Source: a virus
Lineage: Duplodnaviria > Caudoviricetes
Reading direction: 5' to 3' (one strand)
Virus record (IMG/VR): IMGVR_UViG_3300046028_006969
Coordinates: 1-63,453 of that record
Length of the DNA stretch: 63,453 nt
The stretch's first letter is position 1, and each line of letters starts with the position of its first letter. Below the pieces are notes generated by a model, which ran no database searches, had not been told where the DNA came from, and saw nothing but the letters and a program-made list of their open reading frames with translations. Below are positions 19,620-29,611 of the stretch, piece by piece. The position numbers were made by a program, and so were the translations under genes.

Positions 19620-20536
19620 TGTTTACTAAGAATAGTGTTTCACAATCAATGATAGACGCTGTACAGTCTGTTCTAGCTGAAGATAAAAAATTGCTTCTTG
19701 AGCCTGGAAAGAAAAAAGAAGACGCTCCATTTGATGGTCCATACAAAAAACCAGATACAAAACCTGGACACGGTGATGCTTCTAGAGTTAAACATTTAGC
19801 TAAAATGGCTATTCCTAAAAAAGAAGTCAAAGAAGAATTAAAAGGTAATCAACATGAGTTGGACAAGAACCGCAACGGTAAATTGGACAAAAAAGATTTC
19901 CAATTATTAAGAATGAAAAAAGAAGGCCTTGATCCAGTTGGTAAAGAAGATGCAGATATCAATAATGATGGCAACGTAAATAAGACAGATGGATATTTAA
20001 AGAATCGCCGCAAAGCAATTTCTGCTTCAATTAAAAAAGAAGAAGTTGAACTAGATGAGGGTTCAGGCTCAAAAGAAAAACAAAAAACTCCATATAGAGA
20101 TATAAACAGTCCTGAATATAGAGCCGCAGTAGAAAAGCAAAAGCAAAAAATGAAAGACACTGCTGCGGCCCAACCTGGCAAAAAAATGCTATCCAAAATG
20201 AAAAAAGGAATGAAAGAGGAATTTGGTGACGTAAGTGAAGACATTGGTGCAATGCAAAGTGTTGTTGGTGAAAATAAAGGCAAAAAATCTATAAGAGTTG
20301 ATACACTTAAAGGTCCTACAATTTCTAATGATCCTGAAGTTAAGATTGCAAATGCACATTTCAGTGGGAAATCAGCAACATTAAAAGCTGAAGGCAAAGG
20401 TACAGAAACTCCTTCTACTTTTGTTACCGATTCTGCAACACACAGAGAAATCAATAAGGCTGTTAGACCTACATTTAAGAAAATCAAAGAAATGTTAGGC
20501 AAAACAGGAACTTCGGAAGAAAAGAATGAAAAGTAA
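19619..20536 (+). CDS. K/E-rich putative internal head protein with EF-hand-like loops
   Basis: [12 protein letters not shown] and [14 protein letters not shown] loops; many L/V-x-E sites. Confidence 0.6.
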   Translation: MFTKNSVSQSMIDAVQSVLAEDKKLLLEPGKKKEDAPFDGPYKKPDTKPGHGDASRVKHLAKMAIPKKEVKEELKGNQHELDKNRNGKLDKKDFQLLRMKKEGLDPVGKEDADINNDGNVNKTDGYLKNRRKAISASIKKEEVELDEGSGSKEKQKTPYRDINSPEYRAAVEKQKQKMKDTAAAQPGKKMLSKMKKGMKEEFGDVSEDIGAMQSVVGENKGKKSIRVDTLKGPTISNDPEVKIANAHFSGKSATLKAEGKGTETPSTFVTDSATHREINKAVRPTFKKIKEMLGKTGTSEEKNEK

Positions 20537-22685
20537 AAAAGATGTTATCAAAGATGTTGTAAAACCAACATCTATTTCACCTCGTAGCAGTTTTACTGAC
20601 CCAAATGAACCCTGGTCAGCAAAGGCTAACGTGGCTGAAAACATCACATCTAAGCGTTCAAATCTGTTACAACAATTCTATAAATCTAAAGGTTGGAATG
20701 TTAACTACATTGCCAAAAATAAAAAAGTGTCACAATCTAAAACTGGCGATTTTATCAAATGGAAAAGAGACCACGGAATCTATGAAGAAGACCAAATTGA
20801 TGAAGTCTCAAATGAATTACTAGGTCGTTACAAAACTGCTGCTGGGCAACAAGCTTCTAATCTAGACAAAGCTGGTGGTAGAGAAAACATCCAGAAGGCT
20901 AACAAGCGTTTCTCTGGTATCGTCAAGGCAACCAAGAAACAGTTTGCAAATGATGAGAAGCCTGTGGCAGAAGCCAAAGATGAAGGCGAATACGATTATG
21001 ATACATGGATGAAGAATATCAAAAAACTGCATGGAGAAGTCAAAATAAAGAACCACCCAGATCGGTCTTTAGCTAAAGCCGCATACAATTCTTCAGGAAA
21101 ATATGTTGGTTTCTACGATGCTCACGGAAATTCTAAAGTGCTAACACAAAAAGATTTATTAGAAGATACCCTTGAGCAAGGTGTGGCGGAAGGCTCGTTG
21201 AATGAATCCGATAAATTTACAAGTTGGTATGATTGGAAAGATCAGGCTAAGAGTAGTGGGTATACTATTACGAAAAAAGATGATAAAATTGTATCACTGA
21301 ACAAACAAGGCCAAGTAGTGGGGCATTGGTCCGATGTTGGCAAGTTTCTAAGTGGTAAGGCGCCTCGTCCAAATTTCAAACGACCAGAAGAGCAGGGTGT
21401 GGCGGAAGGCTCGGAACAAGAAAAACCAATCAAGAAAAGTGACTGGTTTGACCCAACTGATATGCGTAGTCCGGAAAAGCAAAAGGCTGCTTACTTGAAT
21501 CACTTGGCTGCTCAGAAACAGAATAAAAATATCAAAGAGCAAGGTGTGGCGGAAGGTTCAACAAATTTAGCATCATTAAGAGCCAAAGCAAGCCAACACA
21601 GCGACAAGATTGATGCTATTGTAAAAGATGGAGGTCGTGTTGGACTAAACGACCCATTGAGCAAACAGTTAAAATTAATACAAGCAAAGATTCAACAAGC
21701 TAAAAAGCAAGTTGTGGTGGAAGCCAAAGATGAAGGCGAATACGATTATGAAGGTGCCATGGCTAAAACACAACTACAAACAATTTGTAGAGCTGCCGCA
21801 GAATTAAAAGATATACTTAAAGATGATGAAAATCTTCCAGAGTGGGTTCAATCCAAAATTACAAAAGCGGAAGATTACATCACAACTTCACTAGATTACT
21901 TAAAATCTACAAACGAATTGGAAGAAGAAATTAATTTAGATGAAGCTTTATCTAAAAATTCAACTGCTTATAATTTTATCCACGATTTTGTTCATTCAGA
22001 TAATCCAAAGTTTGATGGCAAATCTAAAGCACAACGTATGCAAATGGCTCTTGCTGCTTATTATGCAATGCAAAAAAGAAGTAGAACAAAAAATGAAGAA
22101 GTTGAACCTATTGAAGAATTGAATAAAGATACTCTATATTCATATGTTAATAAATCTGAAAAAGACCAAGACAAACAATTTACAACGATTGGTAAAGCTT
22201 TAAAGAATAAGATTGATGCAAAATCTGGAAATGCTGCTGGTCACAAATTTACAAGAAGAAGTCTTGGTATTAATAGAGCAGAAAAACGCCTAGAACAAGA
22301 AGGCGTTGGTGATCCACAAGCTGCAACACAATCACCTGCTGATGGTGCAAATGGTGGAGAAGAAGTTGCACCACGCAAAACCACGAAAAAGATTGTAAAA
22401 GAATTCTACGCACTGGCCCGCAAGGTTCAAGAAGATATGTATGATTGGGAGAAAGACGATAAAGCTGCAAAGCCTTATGGTAAAAAGCCATCAGTTAAAA
22501 AATATGACGGTGTAGAAAACATGGGTGATAATAAGCCAAATGCAAGGTTAATACTAAAAGGTGGTAAAACATTGACTGGTGAACCAAGAGATACCGTTGA
22601 AATTGATCCTATGATGAAGAACCGCAGTAAAATGCCGGATTACAAAAGTATGGATAAAATTAAACAGAAACCACAAGAACAATAA
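20526..22685 (+). CDS. modular putative internal head polyprotein
   Basis: 719 aa with 3x EQGVAEGS, 2x [10 protein letters not shown] and IDE/LEE/LDE protease-type sites. Confidence 0.7.
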   Translation: MKSKKDVIKDVVKPTSISPRSSFTDPNEPWSAKANVAENITSKRSNLLQQFYKSKGWNVNYIAKNKKVSQSKTGDFIKWKRDHGIYEEDQIDEVSNELLGRYKTAAGQQASNLDKAGGRENIQKANKRFSGIVKATKKQFANDEKPVAEAKDEGEYDYDTWMKNIKKLHGEVKIKNHPDRSLAKAAYNSSGKYVGFYDAHGNSKVLTQKDLLEDTLEQGVAEGSLNESDKFTSWYDWKDQAKSSGYTITKKDDKIVSLNKQGQVVGHWSDVGKFLSGKAPRPNFKRPEEQGVAEGSEQEKPIKKSDWFDPTDMRSPEKQKAAYLNHLAAQKQNKNIKEQGVAEGSTNLASLRAKASQHSDKIDAIVKDGGRVGLNDPLSKQLKLIQAKIQQAKKQVVVEAKDEGEYDYEGAMAKTQLQTICRAAAELKDILKDDENLPEWVQSKITKAEDYITTSLDYLKSTNELEEEINLDEALSKNSTAYNFIHDFVHSDNPKFDGKSKAQRMQMALAAYYAMQKRSRTKNEEVEPIEELNKDTLYSYVNKSEKDQDKQFTTIGKALKNKIDAKSGNAAGHKFTRRSLGINRAEKRLEQEGVGDPQAATQSPADGANGGEEVAPRKTTKKIVKEFYALARKVQEDMYDWEKDDKAAKPYGKKPSVKKYDGVENMGDNKPNARLILKGGKTLTGEPRDTVEIDPMMKNRSKMPDYKSMDKIKQKPQEQ
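20970..21751 (+). repeat. 32-bp exact direct repeat pair enclosing three 24-bp EQGVAEGS boxes
   Basis: GAAGCCAAAGATGAAGGCGAATACGATTATGA at 20970 and 21720; GAGCARGGTGTGGCGGAAGGYTCR at 21174, 21390 and 21537. Confidence 0.95.
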
Positions 22686-22719
22686 ATAGATAGAATACCT
22701 TTCTACCCAAGGAGAAAAA

Positions 22720-23343
22720 ATGTCAAACGTATGGAATAAAACCGATACCCCACAAACACCAGGTAACTTTGGACATCCAGAGTGGCCTTCTCAACGCCAA
22801 ACAAGAACAGTAGCACAATTAACTACCGCTAACTCGACAGCCGCAGGCGCAACTAGTATTAAATTTACATTAGCTGCAAATGTTAGCACAGTTGGTGTTC
22901 TAGGCGGATTGTATGTTAATATGGTTAGTGGTGCTGCGGCCGCCAATCTTTCATCAAACGGCACACAAGGCATGTTCTTCTCGAATGTCACAACAAATGC
23001 TGTGTCTGCGGGAAATTTAGTAACAATGTCAGCAGCAACTACAGGAATTATTCCAGAAGGATCAGTAATTGCATTTGATGCAGCTATTGTAAGACCAACA
23101 GGTGAAGTTTCTAATACTTACTTTGCAGACACGGTTCTTGCAACAGATACAAGATTAACTGACGCAAATAATAAAATTGGTGGAGATCCAAATGCAGGCT
23201 GGGTTCATGTCAGAAAGAAAACAAATGGACTAACTGGTGAAGTACGTTACATCAGAGAAACGCTAGTATGTTTGACTGAAGCTTCTTCTACAAATACTGC
23301 CGGTGGAAATACATCTTGGGGTAGAGCATTCGCTAACACTTAA
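22720..23343 (+). CDS. putative virion structural protein
   Basis: A/T/G/N-rich; AGWVHVR...ETLV C-terminal pattern; RBS AAGGAG; ATAAATA upstream. Confidence 0.6.
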   Translation: MSNVWNKTDTPQTPGNFGHPEWPSQRQTRTVAQLTTANSTAAGATSIKFTLAANVSTVGVLGGLYVNMVSGAAAANLSSNGTQGMFFSNVTTNAVSAGNLVTMSAATTGIIPEGSVIAFDAAIVRPTGEVSNTYFADTVLATDTRLTDANNKIGGDPNAGWVHVRKKTNGLTGEVRYIRETLVCLTEASSTNTAGGNTSWGRAFANT

Positions 23344-23358
23344 TGCATTTCCTTTATA

Positions 23359-23748
23359 ATGATTTTTGATGATTTAAACGAAGACAACTTTGTGATGTAT
23401 GCAGTAAAATGTTATACATCACCTAGTTGCTTAATGTCAGAGTTCGAAGGAGACTTAAAAAGAACAAAATACCTAAAAAGGTTATTTCGTAGATATAAGG
23501 CCACTAAGAATATCAAAGAAAGATTAATACTTAATCATATTATACTTTTAAATAATGTTTTTGGTCCTGAAGCGACAACAAGAATATTGTTCTTTCGTAT
23601 AGATGAAAAAGATTATGATTCATTAAAGACATTTTTGTTATTTTTAAATATATTGCCAAAAACAGTAATGGGTATAAGAGGTAAAAACATAGACACCGAT
23701 TTAATATCCGTTGATATGAAAATAGCAGACATACTAAGAAATATATGA
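23359..23748 (+). CDS. conserved T4-like hypothetical protein
   Basis: DLKRTKYLKRLF and ERLILNHII.L.NVFG pattern. Confidence 0.75.
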   Translation: MIFDDLNEDNFVMYAVKCYTSPSCLMSEFEGDLKRTKYLKRLFRRYKATKNIKERLILNHIILLNNVFGPEATTRILFFRIDEKDYDSLKTFLLFLNILPKTVMGIRGKNIDTDLISVDMKIADILRNI

Positions 23749-24257
23749 AAACATTTAGAAGTTTTATAGATGAAAAGGGTAGATGTTGGCCAGGTCATAA
23801 ACCTGTTCCCGGCAAAACTCCTTTTTCTCCTGGCAGTTGTAAAAAAGAAGACCATGTGAAAGAACTTGAAGAAGTGGAAGCAATGTTTGATATTATTGAA
23901 GAACTGGTTATGGAAATTTCAGAAGTACATCATATTGATCCTGAAATTATTTGGGAAGAATTTGCAGATATATCAGACGAAGAACTATATGAGTCGGCCG
24001 CATGGCGCCGCAAAGAAGGAAAAGATCCAAAGGGTGGTTTGAACAGAAAAGGTATTGCATCTTATCGCCGTGAAAATCCTGGTTCAAAGTTAAGTATGGC
24101 AGTGACTACAAAACCATCAAAATTGAAACCAGGTTCTAAAGCAGCAAATCGCCGTAAATCATTTTGTGCTAGAATGGGTGGTATGGAAGGACCGATGAAG
24201 AAACCTAATGGCGAACCTTCACGCAAAGCATTAGCATTAAGAAAGTGGAATTGCTAA
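23745..24257 (+). CDS. putative internal protein (DUF6321-like)
   Basis: CTS-like MKTFRSFIDE; AAWRRKEGK, RRKSFCARM and ALRKWNC motifs. Confidence 0.7.
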   Translation: MKTFRSFIDEKGRCWPGHKPVPGKTPFSPGSCKKEDHVKELEEVEAMFDIIEELVMEISEVHHIDPEIIWEEFADISDEELYESAAWRRKEGKDPKGGLNRKGIASYRRENPGSKLSMAVTTKPSKLKPGSKAANRRKSFCARMGGMEGPMKKPNGEPSRKALALRKWNC

Positions 24258-24634
24258 TGTTTACATTCAAACAATTTGTAATTGAAGCTGATAAAAAAGA
24301 TACGATCATATTGGATATACCTTTGATGATTCGTGTTTTAGAGTTGGCAAGAGAAGATATTAAATCAGATATGGACCTTCATCGTGTTGTTGAAAAATTA
24401 ATAGATATTCGCAATAAAGGTGTTTTGACTATGGATGATTATGATTTTATTGCAAATATCAAAGAAAGTTATATGAAAGAAGACGGCATGGCTGTTGCTG
24501 GACCGACAAATGTAGTTGGTGGCGGAGCTATCGCAGGCACAGGTGGCCAAGGCGGAGAACCTGGTGTCAACTTGAAAAAGAAAAAGAGTGTTATTATGAC
24601 ACCAACATTCAAACGTAGTCCTCCAAAGATGTAG
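24257..24634 (+). CDS. putative internal protein
   Basis: CTS-like MFTFKQFVIEA; LDIPLMIRVLE; Gly-rich tail. Confidence 0.65.
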   Translation: MFTFKQFVIEADKKDTIILDIPLMIRVLELAREDIKSDMDLHRVVEKLIDIRNKGVLTMDDYDFIANIKESYMKEDGMAVAGPTNVVGGGAIAGTGGQGGEPGVNLKKKKSVIMTPTFKRSPPKM

Positions 24635-24635
24635 T

Positions 24636-25088
24636 ATGTGGATACTTAAATGGTTGCCATTTTGGACATTTTATGCAACCATTATTGTTGGGTTGTTAGG
24701 TCTTGCTGCAACTTACCTATTGAGATTCATTCCACTTCCCGCAATCTACATCTATAAAACTCCAATACAATTAATCTCTGTGGTTCTGATAGCCATAGGC
24801 ACATACATGTCTGGTGCAATCTCAAATGAAGAAGCTTGGTTGGCCAGAGTACAAGAACTTGAAGCAAAAGTAGAAGCGGCTCAGGTTGAATCAGTAAAAG
24901 AAAACGTAAAGATAGAAACCAAAGTTGTAACAAAAACACAAGTTATCAAACAGCGTGGTGAAGATATCATACAATATATCGACAAAGAAATTGTCAAGTA
25001 TGATACGAAGTTTTTGCCTGGTGGAGAATGTGAAATTCCAAAAGAATTTATACAGGCCCACAATAAAGCAGCTGAGGCACCAAAATGA
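24636..25088 (+). CDS. inner-membrane spanin (Rz-like)
   Basis: N-terminal TM helices, coiled coil and a C-terminal Cys; directly upstream of a lipoprotein and the endolysin. Confidence 0.7.
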   Translation: MWILKWLPFWTFYATIIVGLLGLAATYLLRFIPLPAIYIYKTPIQLISVVLIAIGTYMSGAISNEEAWLARVQELEAKVEAAQVESVKENVKIETKVVTKTQVIKQRGEDIIQYIDKEIVKYDTKFLPGGECEIPKEFIQAHNKAAEAPK

Positions 25089-25348
25089 AATATTTAATTC
25101 TCTTATTTTTCATCCTATTAACCGGTTGTTCCACTACAGTTCCTATTGTTGCTAAATTTCCCGAAGTGCCGGAACGATTGTTAGTTAAGTGTCCGCAATT
25201 ACAAAAAGTAAATGAAGACGCTAAGTTATCAGACATTGCGAAAACTATTACTAATAATTATACAGAGTATTATACCTGTGCTGTAAAAAATGATGCTTGG
25301 ATTGAATGGTACCAAATACAAAAAAATATATTTGAAGGAATAAAATAA
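25085..25348 (+). CDS. outer-membrane spanin lipoprotein (Rz1-like)
   Basis: Lipobox LLTGC followed by a Pro-rich segment. Confidence 0.75.
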   Translation: MKYLILLFFILLTGCSTTVPIVAKFPEVPERLLVKCPQLQKVNEDAKLSDIAKTITNNYTEYYTCAVKNDAWIEWYQIQKNIFEGIK

Positions 25349-25971
25349 TGGAACTATCACTACAACAATTAAAACAATTACTTCCTAAAAATCCATATGT
25401 TGACCACTGGCATCACGCCTTGGTTCAACTGTTACCAGACTATGAAATTAATACACCCCAACGTGTATCCGCTTTCATTGCACAGTGTTCACATGAATCC
25501 GGTGGGTTTACTGCACTTCAAGAAAACTTGAATTACAAGCCACCAACACTCCGCAAGATTTTCCCTAAGTATTTCCCCGATGATGCAATTGCTAATGAAT
25601 ATTGCTCACGTAAAAATAAACAGGAAGCTATTGCAAATCGTGTTTATGCAAGCCGTATGGGTAATGGTGATGAAGCATCAGGTGACGGATACAAATATCG
25701 TGGTCGTGGACTTATTCAATTGACAGGTAAAGACAATTATAGTTTTTTTGCTGGTTCATTACAAATCTCCGTAGAAGAAGCCGCAGAATATATGGCAACC
25801 TTTGAAGGTGCTGCACAATCAGCTTGTTGGTTCTGGGAAACAAACAACCTAAACCAATGGGCAGACAAAGGTGACATTCTAACATTGACTAAACGCATTA
25901 ACGGTGGAACAATTGGATTGGAAGACAGAATTAAACATTATGAACATGCATTACATGTTTTAGGAGTTTAA
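25348..25971 (+). CDS. endolysin, glycoside hydrolase family 19
   Basis: AFIAQCSHESGGF, ENLNY, YRGRGLIQLTGKDNY and RINGG motifs. Confidence 0.93.
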   Translation: MELSLQQLKQLLPKNPYVDHWHHALVQLLPDYEINTPQRVSAFIAQCSHESGGFTALQENLNYKPPTLRKIFPKYFPDDAIANEYCSRKNKQEAIANRVYASRMGNGDEASGDGYKYRGRGLIQLTGKDNYSFFAGSLQISVEEAAEYMATFEGAAQSACWFWETNNLNQWADKGDILTLTKRINGGTIGLEDRIKHYEHALHVLGV

Positions 25972-25972
25972 T

Positions 25973-26281
25973 GTGAAAGATAAAAAATTGTTGTTGCTTG
26001 GCATCTCTTTAATTTTACTCCCACTTTCGTTAGTAATTTTTGGTGGAGATAGGTTTCGTTATCCCTGTCAGGACCCTGAAAATTGGGATAAACCAATTTG
26101 TCAAAAACCAGCTTGTGATGTAACAAGAACTTGCGTAGAACATGTGTTCAAAGGCCAACGTGATCCTAGATTAGGACCTCCAGAAGAAGCACAGAATATA
26201 TTAGCAAAACAACAATTAAATATGGTAAATACAGCACCAACCTGCCCGCCAGTACAACAAGGAGAAAATTGTGCAAAATAA
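25973..26281 (+). CDS. membrane-anchored Cys-rich protein
   Basis: N-terminal TM, then DRFRYPCQDPENW...C...C...C. Confidence 0.65.
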   Translation: MKDKKLLLLGISLILLPLSLVIFGGDRFRYPCQDPENWDKPICQKPACDVTRTCVEHVFKGQRDPRLGPPEEAQNILAKQQLNMVNTAPTCPPVQQGENCAK

Positions 26282-26726
26282 TGAATCAATATACACAGAA
26301 GAACAATTGATGGCCAGATTGAAATTCTTTATCGGTGTTTGTCTCGCACTAACACTAACAGGAATTGTTTTCGTTGTTCTATATTCAATTATCTTTGTTA
26401 CACAACCATTGAATGCAATTTCTCCAATTGACCAAAAATTCTTTGAGTTGATTATTCCTATTGCTACATTCTTGACAGGCACACTATCAGGTATAATGCT
26501 TGCCGGTAATGATAAAGACTTGAGAGCTCAAGCTTTGACCGCAGCAAATAAACCTCCAGTAGTTTCAGGACCACCACCAAGTTCTCCTACACCTACACCA
26601 ACATTTTCAACACCTAGTTTCTCTACACCAGTAACAAGTTTTTTTGGAAGTGTATCACAACCACAAGTTATTACAGGTTTTGGTGGTAAACCTGCTCCTG
26701 CGCCTGCACCTCAGCCGGAACTATAA
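26271..26726 (+). CDS. 2-TM membrane protein with a Pro-rich tail (holin-like candidate)
   Basis: Two hydrophobic helices; lies in the lysis cassette. Confidence 0.6.
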   Translation: MQNNESIYTEEQLMARLKFFIGVCLALTLTGIVFVVLYSIIFVTQPLNAISPIDQKFFELIIPIATFLTGTLSGIMLAGNDKDLRAQALTAANKPPVVSGPPPSSPTPTPTFSTPSFSTPVTSFFGSVSQPQVITGFGGKPAPAPAPQPEL

Positions 26727-26953
26727 TGAATTTTATAACTAGTATGTTAAATGACGGAACGGACGAATCCGTCAGCAGTAAAAGAGTAATAACCTTCTTA
26801 GCATTTTTAATGTGTGGTATAGCTTTTATTGCTGAGTTGTTTTGGGGTTACAAAGTTTCTCCACAAACATATGACGCTATGATGTATATCGTTATAGCTG
26901 GATTGGGATTTACTGCATCAGAAAAATTTGCTAAAAAGGAACCACTAAAATGA
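26726..26953 (+). CDS. small 2-TM holin-like protein
   Basis: SSKRVITFLAF, two TM helices and a charged C-terminus. Confidence 0.6.
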   Translation: MNFITSMLNDGTDESVSSKRVITFLAFLMCGIAFIAELFWGYKVSPQTYDAMMYIVIAGLGFTASEKFAKKEPLK

Positions 26954-27153
26954 AAACATTAATTTTATCACTTGCATTGTTATTTGGTATAACAACAACA
27001 GTTTATGCAGCAGAAAAAACCAAAGTATGCGTCGATGTTAAAGACAAAGCAGGCCAACCTGTTAAAGATGCTAAAGGTAAAGTGAGACAGAATTGTAAAG
27101 AAATGAAAGTTCATAAAAAATTAGAAGGCACAGCAGTTCCTGTGAAAAAGTAA
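26950..27153 (+). CDS. small secreted basic protein
   Basis: Signal peptide ending VYA; two Cys. Confidence 0.6.
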   Translation: MKTLILSLALLFGITTTVYAAEKTKVCVDVKDKAGQPVKDAKGKVRQNCKEMKVHKKLEGTAVPVKK

Positions 27154-27579
27154 ATGGAAATAGATAATAGTGTAAGAAAATTGGAAGTTGATGTTGGTAT
27201 ATTGAAAACCAAGGTAGAAACAATAACAACATTGTGTAGTAAAATGGATCAAGTCATAGAAAGACTTGTGAATCAGCACGACCAGCAGTTAACAAAGGTT
27301 TACGAAAACATCGACAACCGTAGAAAAGAAACAGATATGGACATTAAAGAACTCCATGATAGAATTGATACCGTTTTGGACAAAGTTCAAATAACTGAAA
27401 AAACTTTATTGGAGGAAATAAAACTACTCCGAAAAGAAATGCAGGAACACAATTCTAAAGAAAAAGAATCCTTGGACAAATTACTCCAATGGAAGTGGAT
27501 GGTTGCCGGTGGCATACTTGTTCTATCATGGTTGATTTCTCACACAAATTTTGATACACTACTAGGCAGTCTGAAATAA
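27154..27579 (+). CDS. coiled-coil protein with a C-terminal TM
   Basis: Heptad-rich; QWKWMVAGG anchor. Confidence 0.7.
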   Translation: MEIDNSVRKLEVDVGILKTKVETITTLCSKMDQVIERLVNQHDQQLTKVYENIDNRRKETDMDIKELHDRIDTVLDKVQITEKTLLEEIKLLRKEMQEHNSKEKESLDKLLQWKWMVAGGILVLSWLISHTNFDTLLGSLK

Positions 27580-27599
27580 CTTAACTTCCTGGTTTTATT

Positions 27600-28601
27600 A
27601 TGAGCGTCTTTATTGACAGAAATTTCCTATTACTACTATCACCAAAATTGCAAAGGTTTTCCAAGAAAAAGGACGACCTCTACAACTTTCGGTGTCCTCT
27701 CTGTGGAGACTCACAGAAAAACAAATCTAAGTGTCGTGGATACGTCTATCGTAAGAAGAATGATTACTTTTACATGTGCCATAATTGTAGTGCATCCACA
27801 TCGTTCTTTAACTTCCTTAAACAAGTGGATCCAAACTTGGTTGAGGAATATCAACTAGAACGATATAAGAATTCGGCAAACACCAATTCTCCTGAACCTG
27901 CGTTTTCAGAATTTAAAACAAAACCAGTTTTTATCAAAACGTTGGATTTACCAACTATCGAATCTTTACCAAACGAACACTTTGCTAAAAGATATGTTGT
28001 TGGTCGAGAGATTCCGAAGAAGATGTATTCGCAGCTTTATTATGCGGATGACTTTAAGGCTTTTGTCGATTCGTTTGGCGTTGAAAAAGATTTAAAAGAA
28101 GGCGATCAACGGCTAATTATTCCTTTCTTTGATAAAGAAGGAAACCTGACTGGATTTCAAGGCAGAGCACTAGGTGAGTCAAAGATTCGTTACATCACAA
28201 TTAAACTAATGGACGATGTTCCACGCATGTTTGGAATCAACCGTGTCAATGAAGAAGAATCTATTTACGTCTTTGAAGGACCTATCGATTCAATGTTCAT
28301 TAATAATTCTGTGGCTGTCGCCAGCTCTGCACTAGAATCAGCCGCAGAATATCTAGATAAATCAAAGATTGTCCTAGTGTTTGATAATGAACCTAGGAAT
28401 AAAGAAATTGTCAAATTGATGGAACATGCAATTGATAATCATTTTAATGTTATTGTTTGGCCTGCAATGATCCAGGACAAAGATATCAATGAAATGATTC
28501 TAACAGGATTTGACATTGAAGAATTGCATGATATAATGGAGAAACACACTTTTGTGAATCTTAGGGCTAAAATGGAATTTGTGAATTGGAAAAAAATATG
28601 A
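27600..28601 (+). CDS. gp61: DNA primase (T4 gp61-like)
   Basis: Zn finger CPLCGDS...CHNC; TOPRIM EGPIDS; DNEPRN; KDINEM. Confidence 0.95.
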   Translation: MSVFIDRNFLLLLSPKLQRFSKKKDDLYNFRCPLCGDSQKNKSKCRGYVYRKKNDYFYMCHNCSASTSFFNFLKQVDPNLVEEYQLERYKNSANTNSPEPAFSEFKTKPVFIKTLDLPTIESLPNEHFAKRYVVGREIPKKMYSQLYYADDFKAFVDSFGVEKDLKEGDQRLIIPFFDKEGNLTGFQGRALGESKIRYITIKLMDDVPRMFGINRVNEEESIYVFEGPIDSMFINNSVAVASSALESAAEYLDKSKIVLVFDNEPRNKEIVKLMEHAIDNHFNVIVWPAMIQDKDINEMILTGFDIEELHDIMEKHTFVNLRAKMEFVNWKKI

Positions 28602-29245
28602 ATGTAAATTTGATTTCGTACTCTCAAGGAGTAGATGGTAAAAACTTATTAGAACAAGTGGCATACGCTGCCCGTGTATCTAATCCAACGAACCAAAACA
28701 ACTCGGAGACTGCTGAGAAGTTGGTTCGATACTTGATTAATAACCAACACTGGTCGCCACTGGAGATGGTCTCCGTGTGCTTGGAGATTGAAACTACAAG
28801 AGACATTGCTCGGCAGATTCTCCGTCACCGTTCTTTTTCATTCCAAGAATTTAGCCAGCGTTATGCTGATGCTTCACAACTTGGTTATGAGTTAAAAGAA
28901 GCTAGACTACAAGATACTAAGAATCGTCAGAATAGCATAGAGACAGATGATGCTCAACTTGCTGAAACATGGAGACAAAGACAGCACCAAGTAATGGATG
29001 AAATTTTGGATACGTATCATTGGGCAATAAACAATGGTATTGCAAAAGAACAAGCTCGCGCAGTTTTGCCTGAAGGTATGACAAAATCCCGAATGTATAT
29101 GAACGGAACGCTCCGCTCTTGGGTACACTATATACAACTCCGAAGCGCAAATGGCACACAGAAAGAACACCGAGAAGTTGCTCTTGCCTGTGCTGCATCA
29201 ATTGAACCAATTTTTCCCATGATTAAGGAGTATGTTAATGAATAG
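28598..29245 (+). CDS. thyX: FAD-dependent thymidylate synthase
   Basis: HWSPLE, RHRSFSFQEFSQRY and EQARAVLP motifs. Confidence 0.96.
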   Translation: MNVNLISYSQGVDGKNLLEQVAYAARVSNPTNQNNSETAEKLVRYLINNQHWSPLEMVSVCLEIETTRDIARQILRHRSFSFQEFSQRYADASQLGYELKEARLQDTKNRQNSIETDDAQLAETWRQRQHQVMDEILDTYHWAINNGIAKEQARAVLPEGMTKSRMYMNGTLRSWVHYIQLRSANGTQKEHREVALACAASIEPIFPMIKEYVNE

Positions 29246-29609
29246 TTCCGATGATGTGAAGAAATTTATGGAAGCTTGTGGTCAAACTGAAACAGGTTTC
29301 AACAAACAAGCAGAACTATATTTTAGATTAATACGTGAAGAATTTGATGAACTTGTAAAAGCATATTTTGAAAAAGATATGGTTGAAATTGCAGATGGTT
29401 GTGCAGATTTAAAATGGGTGATTGAAGGACTAGAACACACACTACAATTACCACAACAAGAAATTTGGAATGAAGTTGCAAGAAGTAATTTAGCCAAGAT
29501 TGACCAAGAAACAGGAAAAGTTTTAAAAAGAAATGATGGAAAAGTATTGAAGCCTGAAGGTTGGACGCCGCCAGATATTAAAAGTATTTTAGAAAATAAC
29601 AAGGAATAA
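29238..29609 (+). CDS. MazG/PRA-PH-like NTP pyrophosphohydrolase
   Basis: LIREEFDE, EIADGCAD, EVARSN and DGKVLKPEGW motifs. Confidence 0.85.
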   Translation: MNSSDDVKKFMEACGQTETGFNKQAELYFRLIREEFDELVKAYFEKDMVEIADGCADLKWVIEGLEHTLQLPQQEIWNEVARSNLAKIDQETGKVLKRNDGKVLKPEGWTPPDIKSILENNKE

Positions 29610-29611
29610 AC

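Noticed and set aside
19849-20502. Long antisense ORFs (also 169..771, 29282..29776, 40542..40955, 55981..56475)
   Set aside because: They shadow well-supported plus-strand genes and have no RBS or recognisable motifs.
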